DNA from: Candidatus Palauibacter sp.
Lineage (GTDB): Bacteria > Gemmatimonadota > Gemmatimonadetes > Palauibacterales > Palauibacteraceae
Direction of reading: 5' to 3'
Assembly (NCBI RefSeq): GCF_965216145.1
Contig: NZ_OZ244149.1
Coordinates: forward strand, 1,013,411 to 1,077,410
DNA length: 64,000 bases
Of this stretch, positions 51,405 to 61,187 are shown in pieces. Numbering within the stretch: position 1 is the first letter of the stretch; the number at the start of each line of letters is the position of its first letter. The notes beneath the pieces were generated by a model. It ran no database searches. It was not told the origin of the DNA and saw only the letters and a list, made by a program, of their open reading frames with translations. Position numbers and translations under genes: made by a program.

Positions 51405-51624
51405 TTCGAAATGCTGGCGGACCAGCGGTTTCGGGAAGCACGTGCAGCCCTTGGGCGAGGCCGCACGCGCCTCGTCCCGGCGCTGACCCCGCTCAGTGAA
51501 GCGGCCCAGACGGCGCGTAAGCCCCTCCCGCCCCACGAACTCTACGACGCGAAGAGCGACCGTGTACACCGGGAACCGGGGCGTGGACGCGCCGCTCGAA
51601 CCGCAAGGGGCCAGCGGTAGGGCT
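51405..51624 (+). pseudogene. Duplicated 3' end of the HTH gene at 58322-59023
   Basis: Near-identical DNA to 58808-59027 (FEMLADQ...ARGQR*). Confidence 0.85.
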
Positions 51625-51667
51625 TGAGTGTGATCCTGCGGGCGTTGTTGAGGAGGCGGCCGGAAGC

Positions 51668-52534
51668 CTAAGCCGAATGCCAGCGAATCGACGCCGAGCC
51701 GGTGTCGGTGGGGAGGATCATCCAACGAGGGGCGATCAAGAGTTCTCCTCCACGCCTGCGGTTGGAGGCCGAGTAGCGGAGAGAATAGGACCTGACCGTC
51801 GCCCACTCCTCGTAGAGCGCTCGCACCTCCGGGCAGTCATCGTACGTCAGGACCCACGGGCTGTCTTTCAGCGTTCGCAGAACCTCGGCGAGCGCCGCGT
51901 GATACGGGGGATCGAGGGCATTCAGGTACAACGTCGGCCCCTTCCCGAAGTACGGCGGATCGATGAAGAAGAACACGCCGTCGCTCGCGAGTCTCTGAAC
52001 GAATTCGATCCCGTCCTGCGCGGACAAACGGATCCGCGCCCCGTGCCGAGCGACTCGTTGGCACCGCTCCACCAGCCCCTTCCGGTTGAACCGGGCATCG
52101 AGACGCCATTTCCCGGCTTGCTCGATCCCGCCGATCGGTCCCCCGTTACGGATGATTCCAGAGCGATTGCAGCGGTTCAGATAGAACGCGGCGAACGCCC
52201 GTTCCAGCCGTGACGCCGACCCCGGATCGCGATAGATCGCACGCTGACGGCGCCACTCGTCCACGGTGAGCGGTACCGTGTGGATCATCTCGGAGAACTG
52301 GTCGGTCTGCTCCAGAACCGCCCACCAGATGTCCGAAACAGCCTCATCGATATCGTTGATGTGGATTGCGGGCGCCTCCTCGCGGAACAACAGAGTCAGC
52401 GCGGCCCCGGCTCCACCCGCGTACGGCTCCGCGAAATCTCGGTCTCGCAATCGATTGGCGACCCGCACGCGATTGAAAAGCCTCGCCATCGCGGACTTCC
52501 CGCCCGGATAACGGAGAGGGCTAGCAGTCCCCAT
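51668..52534 (-). CDS. DNA adenine methylase (D12/Dam-like class)
   Basis: SPLRYPGGK, EPYAGGAG, INDID, YLNR, IDPPY. Confidence 0.92.
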   Translation of the reverse strand: MGTASPLRYPGGKSAMARLFNRVRVANRLRDRDFAEPYAGGAGAALTLLFREEAPAIHINDIDEAVSDIWWAVLEQTDQFSEMIHTVPLTVDEWRRQRAIYRDPGSASRLERAFAAFYLNRCNRSGIIRNGGPIGGIEQAGKWRLDARFNRKGLVERCQRVARHGARIRLSAQDGIEFVQRLASDGVFFFIDPPYFGKGPTLYLNALDPPYHAALAEVLRTLKDSPWVLTYDDCPEVRALYEEWATVRSYSLRYSASNRRRGGELLIAPRWMILPTDTGSASIRWHSA

Positions 52535-53462
52535 GACGCCCCGACTTCAGGGAGGTTTCGATCCAGTCCTGGAGACGCTGTTCAAGCGGATCATCCAACG
52601 TTCGCCCACACAGTGAGGAGATGCGGCAACGGTCGAGCAGGAGTTGATCGACCCTGGCATCGTCCGCGTCGTCTTCCGACAAGGCCCTTGGCACGAAGAA
52701 AGCCGGAATCGGGTCCACGGCGATCGTTCCGGCGATATTCCTCTTGCACCAGCTTTTCGGCCGCAGTTCGTGCGCCTTCTCCTTCCATCGCCGACCGACC
52801 GCACACTGGCCAAACAGTATCAGCTTCGAGGGTCGCCGATCGGGGAAATCCCTCCACGCCAAAACATCCAGGCCATCATCGTTGGACTGATTCAAGTTCT
52901 TCCGATTCTTGCAGGCCTCTCCTTCGCGCAGGAGATCGACCAGGTGCGTGACAGCGTCACGGAATCCCGCCGGGAGGTCCTGCCGAGGCCATCCGAATAC
53001 CGCAGTCGACTTGCCGTCACCGAGATACCGGCCGGCCGCCGCCGCACTCAATTCCTCGAACAGCTTGTAGACCGGGGTTCCATCGTCGTGGTCGTCCGTG
53101 ATGCCGAGAGATACGAGGAGCTGGAACAGATATGCGGCGGAAGGCTCGTCACGAAGCTGAAGCCCGTCCTGCGTGATTTCAAACGGGTACGAATCGTCGG
53201 GTCCGCAAGCCTGGTCCCGGTGCGAAAGAACTTCCACCCACTCATCGAGACGCCTCTCGAAGGGCTCGATGTCTCGCCACCCCTCCTCCGGCACCCCCTC
53301 TCCGGGCTCCGGGTAGGTCGCAACTGCTTCATCCTCGGACATCGTGAGCCGGAGCTGACGGATCACGTCGGCCCACGCAATGTAGCCGTTGGAAGCCGCC
53401 GCGCAGGCCCATTCGAGAAGGTCGGCGTTCTCCTCGGCCGCCAGGCTTGAGTCTACGATCAA
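52521..53462 (-). CDS. Restriction-endonuclease-like (PD-(D/E)XK) hypothetical protein
   Basis: LFEELS...DDGLDVLAW...FGQCA, an Mrr-like D..QxK variant. Confidence 0.55.
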   Translation of the reverse strand: MIVDSSLAAEENADLLEWACAAASNGYIAWADVIRQLRLTMSEDEAVATYPEPGEGVPEEGWRDIEPFERRLDEWVEVLSHRDQACGPDDSYPFEITQDGLQLRDEPSAAYLFQLLVSLGITDDHDDGTPVYKLFEELSAAAAGRYLGDGKSTAVFGWPRQDLPAGFRDAVTHLVDLLREGEACKNRKNLNQSNDDGLDVLAWRDFPDRRPSKLILFGQCAVGRRWKEKAHELRPKSWCKRNIAGTIAVDPIPAFFVPRALSEDDADDARVDQLLLDRCRISSLCGRTLDDPLEQRLQDWIETSLKSGRHGDC

Positions 53463-54553
53463 GACTCGTCGGACGTCATGAGGGCGTTGAGTGACTCCGC
53501 TTGTCGAAGGAGACTACGCCCCGTCTCCATCAGATCCTCCTCGCCCCTAAACCCGGTCGAAACAAAACGCATGGCTTCCCTGGCGCTTGTTTCGGCCTTC
53601 GTGAGCGCGGTGCGGAACAGGTGAGCGTCGCCGAGCGAAGCGTCCAGCGCCACGGAAAGCGAGTTTCCGCCCTCCAGCAAGTCCACGCCTTTCTGAACCT
53701 CAAGGGCGCGCGCAAGGTGACGAAGGTCCGGGTTCTGGCGACGAACCACTGCCTCGATGCCCTGAGACTGGCTTCCGAAGAGCCACGCCATGAGGTACTG
53801 CAATCTCCGCAGTCGGTCGCCAGGAACGGGGTTCTCGTTTTCCAGCGCCGCGGGGTCAACTCCCAGGTAGTCCCGGATGGACACGTAGCCCAATGCGGTC
53901 CAGAGATGGGAAAAGGGAAATCGTCGGTGCCTGGTGTCGGTCGTATCGAAATCGAACTCGTTCTGCGCCTGTCGAAGGACGACGTATCCTCGGTACAGGC
54001 GCGCGACGGTCTCGTGACGATCTCCAATCCCGGACGCGATTTCGGCGAGACTCAGACCGAAGTTGCGCCGTACATGGAATACGTACTCCGCTTTGGCGAT
54101 GGAGTCCCAAACCTGTGGTCCGTTCACATGTTTGAACCCGACGAAACTCCACAGCTCCTCCCGCGTCGCGTAGATCACAGGGAGTTCCCGGATTGATTCG
54201 AGAACTTCCTCGGACAGTTTCTCGGTAAGCTGGATCCCGAGTCGCTCCCGAAGGCCGGGATCCAGGAGGATCTTGACGGCCGCGAGCCGTCGGTTGCCCT
54301 CGACTACAACCCAACGGTCTCCTTCCTCGGTCGCGAATAGCTCCTCATGGTCCCAAAAGCCGTTCGCGAGGATGGAGTCCACCAACTCGTTGACCGACTT
54401 GTTGCGCCAGAGCCAGCGGAGGATGCCTTCCTGCTGGTCGACAGAAAACGACTCGCCCGCAAGCCGTGGGTTTTCGGGGTCGAAGTACAAGTCGGCCGGA
54501 GCGTGACGAATGACCTCCAAGGCGATCATCCTTTCAAGGAAGGGCCGTGACAC
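53459..54553 (-). CDS. ParB/Srx N-terminal domain protein
   Basis: FDPENPRL, LVDSILANGF, VVVEGNRRLAAVK. Confidence 0.8.
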   Translation of the reverse strand: MSRPFLERMIALEVIRHAPADLYFDPENPRLAGESFSVDQQEGILRWLWRNKSVNELVDSILANGFWDHEELFATEEGDRWVVVEGNRRLAAVKILLDPGLRERLGIQLTEKLSEEVLESIRELPVIYATREELWSFVGFKHVNGPQVWDSIAKAEYVFHVRRNFGLSLAEIASGIGDRHETVARLYRGYVVLRQAQNEFDFDTTDTRHRRFPFSHLWTALGYVSIRDYLGVDPAALENENPVPGDRLRRLQYLMAWLFGSQSQGIEAVVRRQNPDLRHLARALEVQKGVDLLEGGNSLSVALDASLGDAHLFRTALTKAETSAREAMRFVSTGFRGEEDLMETGRSLLRQAESLNALMTSDES

Positions 54554-54941
54554 CAGATGGTGTGTTCAAGATGGACCCTGACATGCTGGTTGCAAAGGTA
54601 TCGGCCCCGGCACCGGGGATGAACGTCCTCGGAGCCTGAGCGGCTGTAACTCAACGGTCCGCCGCGATCTCAACCGTTCGTCATCAAGCTGGGGCCGAGT
54701 GCCGTCACGGGCGTATGGGTTACGGTTCATGTTGCGGTGCCGTCGGCTTCTGGATTCGGGAGGGGATTCGTCCCTCATCTTCGGCAGGCAGCGCAAGAAG
54801 CACGGCTCCGCTTCGGGGGCCCCCATCACCCCCATCGCGGCTCCGGTGATCCGGCTGCCGTGCCGTTGGAGGATCGCCTCGATCGAATCGCTGGCGACGA
54901 AGTCGGAGTTGTGCTGCGGGGCAACCACGGTGTCGCTTTCG

Positions 54942-55551
54942 TCATCCCATCCTCCCGCAGAGCCGTTATCCGTTCACTCAGCTCGTCCAAGAACTCCGAC
55001 AGCGTCAGCTCGAGCGCACTCGCGAACTTGCTCGCCGCATCGACCGTGAGGCGTGTCTCCTCCTTCTCCAATCGCCGGACGTGCCTCTCCGACAGCCCCG
55101 GGATCTCCGTCTGCTTCAGCTGCCGATCATGCCTCATGTCACGGAGGGCCCGCGACACGTTCTCCATCTCATACCGACGGATTTCCACGTCAGCCAGATG
55201 CATGGGATCCGCGGCCTGCAACATCTGAGAACGGACCCATGTGCACATCCCGATCGGGCCAATGCAGGTAGGAACCGGATGAATCGATCACGAACCGGCG
55301 GACCACGGCCGACTCGAACCGCCTGACCTTGGGAAGCCTTCCGACCGGGAACGTCCCCCAGGACCACCACCAGAGAGTCCTTGAGGACATATGCGTCGAG
55401 GATGCCCTCCCACGGGGCCGGTCGCTTGAGCGCGATGACCAGCCGCTTCACAACGGAAGGGTCCCGGCACACCTGCAGCCGCTGATCCGGCTTGTGGAAG
55501 TCGAAGCATCGAGGCGAGGCGAAGCACCGCCTGCTCCGGCACGTCCAGCAC
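54942..55551 (-). pseudogene. Degenerate second copy of the DUF2442-HTH gene (42231-43073)
   Basis: Same sequence from VLDVPEQAVL onward, with indels and the 5' end missing. Confidence 0.85.
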
Positions 55552-55552
55552 G

Positions 55553-55679
55553 GTTTCTCGAATTAAAAAAATAACCCCGCCCGAGGCCTCTCGGCGTGTC
55601 GGGCGGGGAGCAAGTTTCTTGGTCAAGCGCGTACGCCGGACGTATGCTGAAAGTATTCCAACTTCCCTGTGCTCCACAA
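55553..55679 (-). ncRNA. Putative small RNA A, copy 2
   Basis: TTGTGG-18 nt-TACTTT; UACG hairpin; GAGA-capped long stem and U7 tract. Confidence 0.6.
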
Positions 55680-55680
55680 G

Positions 55681-55866
55681 TTGCGTTATGGGTGGGCCCT
55701 GACGACACTTCATGTGTACGTCTCAGGTCGTCCTCTACTGCACAGAACCTTCGGGCGCAGCAAGACGCTGAGATAGGAGCCCCGGGGCCGTTTCGTCCTC
55801 GGGGCTCTTGGGTTAAGAGGGCCCCGGACCCGAACACCAGACCCTGCCACGGGTGACCACCGAGAC
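55681..55866 (+). ncRNA. Putative small RNA B, copy 2
   Basis: TTGCGT-17 nt-GACACT; same two hairpins as 50759-50844. Confidence 0.6.
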
Positions 55867-55911
55867 TCCGGTCGACATGGGGGTGGAGTTCCGCAGGGCG
55901 GGTCGATCGAG

Positions 55912-56000
55912 TTGGCCAACGTGGCGGGACTCGCGGATGTTTCCGGCAAGGAGAACGTCGGTGTCATCCGTTTCGACGCGTACTACGATGCGGAAGGACG
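55912..56000 (+). pseudogene. Agmatinase/ureohydrolase internal fragment
   Basis: NVAGLADVSGKENVGVIRFDAYYD resembles the degenerate VGVIHFDAHxD metal-binding motif. Confidence 0.55.
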
Positions 56001-56213
56001 CCCGGCGGTAGCAGCCGTGACGACCTCACGGCATCGACATGGCAGTTCGCGAGTGAGAATACCACAGCCCGGCCCGATCTCGACGACCAGATCGCTTCGT
56101 TTGACGGGAGCCTGAGCGATCAGGATAGCCGCCAGCGGACAACCCGTAGTTGATATTTGGGAGATAATTCACGCATGTTGTCAACCATTGTTTACGCGAA
56201 AGGAGGGGACGGC

Positions 56214-57293
56214 ATGTTTGGACGACGGCTACGGCTGGCCCGTAAACGCGCCGGCCTTTCCATGCGGGCGCTGGCCGAACGGATGGATCCGAAGATCACC
56301 GCTCAGGCCATCAGCAAGTACGAGGTGGGGAAGATGATGCCGTCTTCGGCCGTCCTGGTCGGTCTCGGGCAGGCTCTCGACGTCTCGCTGGACTTCCTCA
56401 TGAGTTCCCAGGTCGAGGTCCTCGACGGCCTCGAGTTCCGGAAGCACTCCAGCACCTCAGCCCGGGATCGCGCCAAGGCCGAAGCCGTGCTGATCGACAA
56501 CCTCGAACGATATCTGACCATCGAGGAAGTCCTCGGCATTCCACCTGCGAGCGACCGTTTTGAAGGCCGCCGGTATGACAGCGTTGCCGATGTCGAAGAG
56601 ATCGACGACAGAGCCGATGAACTTCGCAACGCGTGGGACCTCGGCCTGGATCCGGTGTCCAGCCTGTGCGCCCTCCTCGAGGAGAAGGGCATTAAGGTGA
56701 TCGAAGACGATCTCCCCGAGCGCATCAACGGGCTGGCCTGCCGAGTCCTGCGAGAGGGCAAGCCGGTCGCCGACGCCGTCCTCGTATCGAGTCGCACCAA
56801 CGTCGAGCGGAAACGATCCACCCTGGCCCACGAACTCGCGCACAGGATCATCCGTTCCACCGGCAACCCGGCCATCAAGCTGGAAGCGGCCATGAACCGT
56901 TTCGCAGGCGCCTTCCTTGTCCCGGGCCGACATCTCATTGAGGAAGCTGGGGAAGGCCGCCGCCGCGTCACCTATTTTGAGATCGTCCGCCTCAAACACA
57001 TGTACGGCGTGTCAGCGGCGGCCATGCTGGTACGCCTCGGTCAAGTCGGCGTGCTGCCTCGTGCCGCGGTCCAGCGCGCGTTTAGAACCTTCGCCCGCTC
57101 CTGGCGCAAGTCGGAACCAGAACCCATTGATGGCAACCAGGGGTTCGCGGCGTTCGAGAAGCCCCAGCGTTTCACGGGCCTTGTCTGGCGCGCCGTCGGC
57201 GAAGAGCTGATCTCGCCGGTCCGGGCGGCCACTCTCCTCAATGAATCCCTCGACGCGGTCGAGCAACAGATCACCGGTCCGATCCAGCAGTGA
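56214..57293 (+). CDS. XRE HTH plus ImmA/IrrE metallopeptidase
   Basis: FGRRLRLARKRAGLS HTH; ERKRSTLAHELAH..EAAMNRFAGAFLVP; RBS AGGAGG. Confidence 0.9.
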   Translation: MFGRRLRLARKRAGLSMRALAERMDPKITAQAISKYEVGKMMPSSAVLVGLGQALDVSLDFLMSSQVEVLDGLEFRKHSSTSARDRAKAEAVLIDNLERYLTIEEVLGIPPASDRFEGRRYDSVADVEEIDDRADELRNAWDLGLDPVSSLCALLEEKGIKVIEDDLPERINGLACRVLREGKPVADAVLVSSRTNVERKRSTLAHELAHRIIRSTGNPAIKLEAAMNRFAGAFLVPGRHLIEEAGEGRRRVTYFEIVRLKHMYGVSAAAMLVRLGQVGVLPRAAVQRAFRTFARSWRKSEPEPIDGNQGFAAFEKPQRFTGLVWRAVGEELISPVRAATLLNESLDAVEQQITGPIQQ

Positions 57294-57345
57294 CACGTGA
57301 CATCGTCAACGACGCTTCCTGCCTGATCGACCTCCGCAAATTGGC
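57290..57345 (+). pseudogene. 5' stub of PIN-domain partner gene
   Basis: Overlapping GTGA start, IVNDASCLIDLRK, then unrelated sequence. Confidence 0.55.
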
Positions 57346-57430
57346 TCGCCGTTCTACGAGCTGCTTGAACCCGCTCGCGCCGGAACACAAGGTCATCCAG
57401 GCAACCCTTCGAGCCCATTTCACACTCTAC

Positions 57431-57459
57431 TTCACAAATGGGACACCGTGCAGTATGAT
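57431..57459 (+). promoter_or_regulatory. Sigma70-like promoter of the TIGR04255 module
   Basis: TTCACA-17 nt-TATGAT. Confidence 0.6.
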
Positions 57460-57512
57460 TCTCCAGCGAGCCACCGCATAGCCACGCCGTTCATCGACAA
57501 ACGAGCCATCAT

Positions 57513-58325
57513 GTGAATGCTGCCGACACGCCTCTGACCGGGCCACCCCCGCCGGAGGTACCGCTGACTGATCCGCCGCTCGTGCGGGTCATCGCCCAGG
57601 TGCGCTTTCCGCTCATCGCGTCGTTGGAGAAGCGGGACTTCATCGCGTCGTTTCAGGAGGCCATTCGGGAGTTCTACCCGGTGCTGCGTCCAGAGGAGGA
57701 ACGCAGCGTCGTCCTGGGCCCACAGGGAGCGGTGGACACCACACGCTCAAACACCCTATGGCGCTTCAACGAAGCGAGAGGGGCATGGCGTGTCACGTTG
57801 GCACCCGGCTTCCTCGCGCTGGAGACCACGAAATACACGAGCCGTGAAGACTTCATGGAGCGCTTGAGGCTGGTCCTGGAAGCACTCAAGGAGCACGTCG
57901 ATCCGAAGGTACTGGATCGCCTCGGCGTACGTTACATCGATCGCGTGTCCGGGCAAAACCTGAGCGCTCTTCCCCAGCTCGTTCGACCGGAAGTGGCGGG
58001 CATCCTAGGATCCCCACTCGCCGCACGTGCTCAGCACGCCGTCTCGCAAAACATGTTCATTCTGCCCGGGGACGCGGGTCAGATTACCGCCCGCTGGGGA
58101 CTGCTGGCACCGCGAAGCACGATTGACCCTGGGGCGCTGGACGCTATCGACGAGGCCAGCTGGATCCTTGATACCGACGCCTTCCAGTCATTTCAGACAG
58201 GCAGCCGGCGGCTCGATGTCGACTCTGCGGTCGAGCAGGCGCGAGGCTTCGCCGAACGCATCTATAGCATCTTCCGCTGGGCGGTAACGAATGAGTTTCT
58301 GCGACGGTACGGAGGTGACCCATGA
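57513..58325 (+). CDS. TIGR04255 family protein
   Basis: PPLVRVIAQVRF, LETTKY, RLGVRYIDR, ILDTD, IFRWAVT. Confidence 0.82.
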   Translation: MNAADTPLTGPPPPEVPLTDPPLVRVIAQVRFPLIASLEKRDFIASFQEAIREFYPVLRPEEERSVVLGPQGAVDTTRSNTLWRFNEARGAWRVTLAPGFLALETTKYTSREDFMERLRLVLEALKEHVDPKVLDRLGVRYIDRVSGQNLSALPQLVRPEVAGILGSPLAARAQHAVSQNMFILPGDAGQITARWGLLAPRSTIDPGALDAIDEASWILDTDAFQSFQTGSRRLDVDSAVEQARGFAERIYSIFRWAVTNEFLRRYGGDP

Positions 58326-59023
58326 ACCTTGAATCCCTGCTAGGCGAGTCGGCGGTCAGTGCCAGAACGACATCCTTTTCCGGTCGCGCTGGCATCCGGG
58401 ATCGCGCCTCGCTGTCGGTGATCATGGTAAGCGGCGCGTTGTCGATCGCCGGCACGTCGTCCGCAGAGCCCACGACAATCTGGGGGCCACCGTACGTACA
58501 CGATTCCGATACGACCGCTGGCGGGCCAAGCCGCGACGCGGTGGCGACACAGATGGAGATCGAGACTGAGGCCACCCGTAAGGCCGTCTCCGAGCTGCGT
58601 CGAATCTCTGGTCTGACTTGGCAGCAGCTCGCCGGGCTGTTCGGCGTGTCGCGTCGCAGCGTCCACTTCTGGGCCAGCGGGAAACCGCTGAACGCCAGCA
58701 ACCACCAGCGGCTCATGCGTGTGCTGGATGTTGTCCGGGATGCCGACCGTGGCACGGCACGCGGCACGCGTGCGGCTCTGCTCGATGCCCGTGCGGGTAC
58801 GACCCCGTTCGAAATGTTGGCGGATCAGCAGTTTCGGGAAGCACGTGCAGCCCTTGGGCGAGGCCGCACGCGCCTCGTCCCGGCGCTGACCCCGCTCAGT
58901 GCAGCGGCGCAGACGGCGCGTAAGCCCCTCCCGCCCGACGAGCTCTACGACGCGAAGAGCGACCGTGTACACCAGGAACCGGGGCGTGCACGCGCCGCTC
59001 GAACCGCAAGGGGCCAGCGGTAG
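58322..59023 (+). CDS. HTH (XRE-like) protein
   Basis: ELRRISGLTWQQLAGLFGVSRRSVHFWASG; start overlaps the previous stop. Confidence 0.8.
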   Translation: MNLESLLGESAVSARTTSFSGRAGIRDRASLSVIMVSGALSIAGTSSAEPTTIWGPPYVHDSDTTAGGPSRDAVATQMEIETEATRKAVSELRRISGLTWQQLAGLFGVSRRSVHFWASGKPLNASNHQRLMRVLDVVRDADRGTARGTRAALLDARAGTTPFEMLADQQFREARAALGRGRTRLVPALTPLSAAAQTARKPLPPDELYDAKSDRVHQEPGRARAARTARGQR

Positions 59024-59030
59024 GGCGCGG

Positions 59031-59869
59031 TTGAAAGTGCCGGCGGTGAGCAGGTCGACGAGAGAATCGCGACTTGGCGTCAGGGCGACTGCGTCGTCGA
59101 GGACGACTGGTTTCTGTATCGGACAAGCGCGGAAAACCCGCTGACCGACGCCGGCAAAGCGGCGGTCGTCGAAGGAGCCGAGAACGCCGAGTCGTCCGTG
59201 CGCGGCTTCGCGGTCCTCACGCAGACTTGCGACCTCGTCCGGCACTGTGCGGATCGCCCCTTCGTCGAGGTTGGCCCGCTGGTCGAGGTGGATGATCAGG
59301 TGCTCCGCGAGATCGAGCGGGGGCGAAGGCCAAACTACGGCTTTATCCCGGGAGTGGCCGACCGCCGCCTCGTGGCCGACCTCGACCGAGTGATGACGGT
59401 CGAGAAGGCGGTCGCGGCAGTTTGGGAGCGGATCGAGGGATGCCGGACGGACGATGAGACGCGTCGGTTCTCCCTCGCACTGGCCCGGAAGCGAGCGAGG
59501 ACGGCGTTCCCCGACGACTTTGTCGCGTTCGCCAGGCCGTTGATGGACCGGATGTCGGAGAGACACGACAGGCAGAGCGATGAGGGGCGTGTCCTCCGCT
59601 CGCTCCGCGAAGTCCGAGTTAGAGCGGCCCCATCCTGGGATGCCGACGCCGTGGAATTGATGTTCTGGTTCATCCGGAATGACGACGAGCCAGCATTCGA
59701 AACCGAAGACTGGGAGCACTGCCTGACGGCTTTGCCCCAGCCGCGGTCGACATCCGGACGCTTCGTCCGTGTGGATGGCGTGGTCCTGACTCTGTATGAC
59801 CTGACCGCCCGCGACTACGTCGAGAGCGACCCGCTCGATCTGGACCACCTGTCGACGCGGCGACAGTAA
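59031..59869 (+). pseudogene. Third gene of the TIGR04255 module (RQGD/TQTCD protein), apparent frameshift near the 5' end
   Basis: TTG-KVPAV is one base out of frame with EQVDERIATWRQGD..VLTQTCDLV..ARKRARTAFPDDF. Confidence 0.6.
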
Positions 59870-59941
59870 GGGACGGATCGGGTACCGCAGCCCCATGACG
59901 CGATCCTAACGCGCTTATCACGGAATCACCGGCAACTCGAT

Positions 59942-60917
59942 ATGGGAAGGGTAGCGCGTGATGCCTACGCACGGGTACCCAGCCGAAGAGAAACTCACGA
60001 CGAGATCATGACCACGAGACGACCTGCACGTGTAATGGCTGCCCTGCTGCACGAAGTGCTGCAAGCTTCGTCGATGTTGCTGTTCCTGCTATCGGGCATC
60101 GCAACGAGTCGGCGGAGACAATACGTCCAGCCAGGTGTGGCACGCCCCTTAGACCTCCCTGGACTACCCGACCTCTGCATCTCGCCGTCCATCGTCAACG
60201 TGCCCGATGACGATCTGTATGGGGCGGGCGGGGCTGCGGCTCAGATGGCGTACAAGGGGTGGATTGCCGAGCTGTACGGGCTCTGGGAACACCGCTACCG
60301 CCCGGAGCTGCAGGCCTCGCTTGGCGAGGACGCGATTCCCCCGGAAATGGACGCTCTCGGCGACTTGCGCGAAATCCGGAACGACCTTCTTCACAGCGGC
60401 ACGGCAAGCGCGGCGCGATGCCAGAAGTGCTCGACTCTCAAGTGGTTCAAACCCGGCGAACGCATGGTTTTCGACACCACCCATGTACTCGATTTTCTCA
60501 ACCATCGGTGTCTTGGCCTGGCGCTTCGCTCACGACGACAGCGGGTCATGCTCGCTCGAAACATACCGAGACCGCAACGAACTCCTGGCGTGGTCCCCAC
60601 CACCAAGGCTCGTATCGGTGCGAACACACAACGACGGCAAGGAGGCCGACCCCACGTACAAGGCCGTAACGGTCGTTTTTGGCAACGGGGTGTTCGCCAA
60701 TGTGCCGCTCCAGCTAGATGAGCAGCGTCGATGGACTGCCCTTGGCGACGCGCAAATCAGCAAGGATGGTCGCCTGCTGCTGTTTCAAGACGGCACTACC
60801 CTTGATTGTGACCGGTTATACAGGTCGGCTGTTATCGCGCAGGAGCCACGCAGACCCCACGATGGTCGCCCGCGCCTGCCTGTTGCTGGTCCTTCCATCA
60901 GGTTTAGACGCCGGTAG
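59942..60917 (+). pseudogene. Frameshifted hypothetical protein with HEPN-like RxxxxH motif
   Basis: DLREIRNDLLH; the plausible protein switches frame at about 60503. Confidence 0.5.
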
Positions 60918-61187
60918 CCCCCTCGCAAGGTCGGCGAGTGCTCGACGGACGTGGCCTCGGAGGTCAGGTTTCTACGCCCGGCGAGCCTAACAGCGCTTGA
61001 CGCGGAACCTTACGGGTGGGCCGGTCGATCGCCACAGAAGCCAACCCGCCAGGTGCCGGCGATAGCGCTGCGATAGCGTGGAGTCCATCGTCCGACTGCA
61101 CGATGGGTCTGCAAGGAGCGTCGTGCCGGCGGATCGACGGCGTGCGTCGGCCTCATGGTCGGGCCGCTCCCTACCTGTATGCGCCGA

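Noticed and set aside
51381-51620. 79-aa ORF after MNT copy 2 as its HEPN toxin
   Set aside because: No HEPN motif; it is a fusion of the leftover start codons with a duplicated HTH-gene 3' end.
54566-54928. 120-aa ORF upstream of the ParB gene
   Set aside because: Low-complexity translation following a pseudogene; only its first codons resemble the sequence after the intact DUF2442-HTH copy.
60984-61080. GCCTAAC after the HEPN-like gene as an integron attC site (also CCTAAC near 59905)
   Set aside because: No matching GTTRRRY core or convincing palindrome, and no integron integrase in the window.
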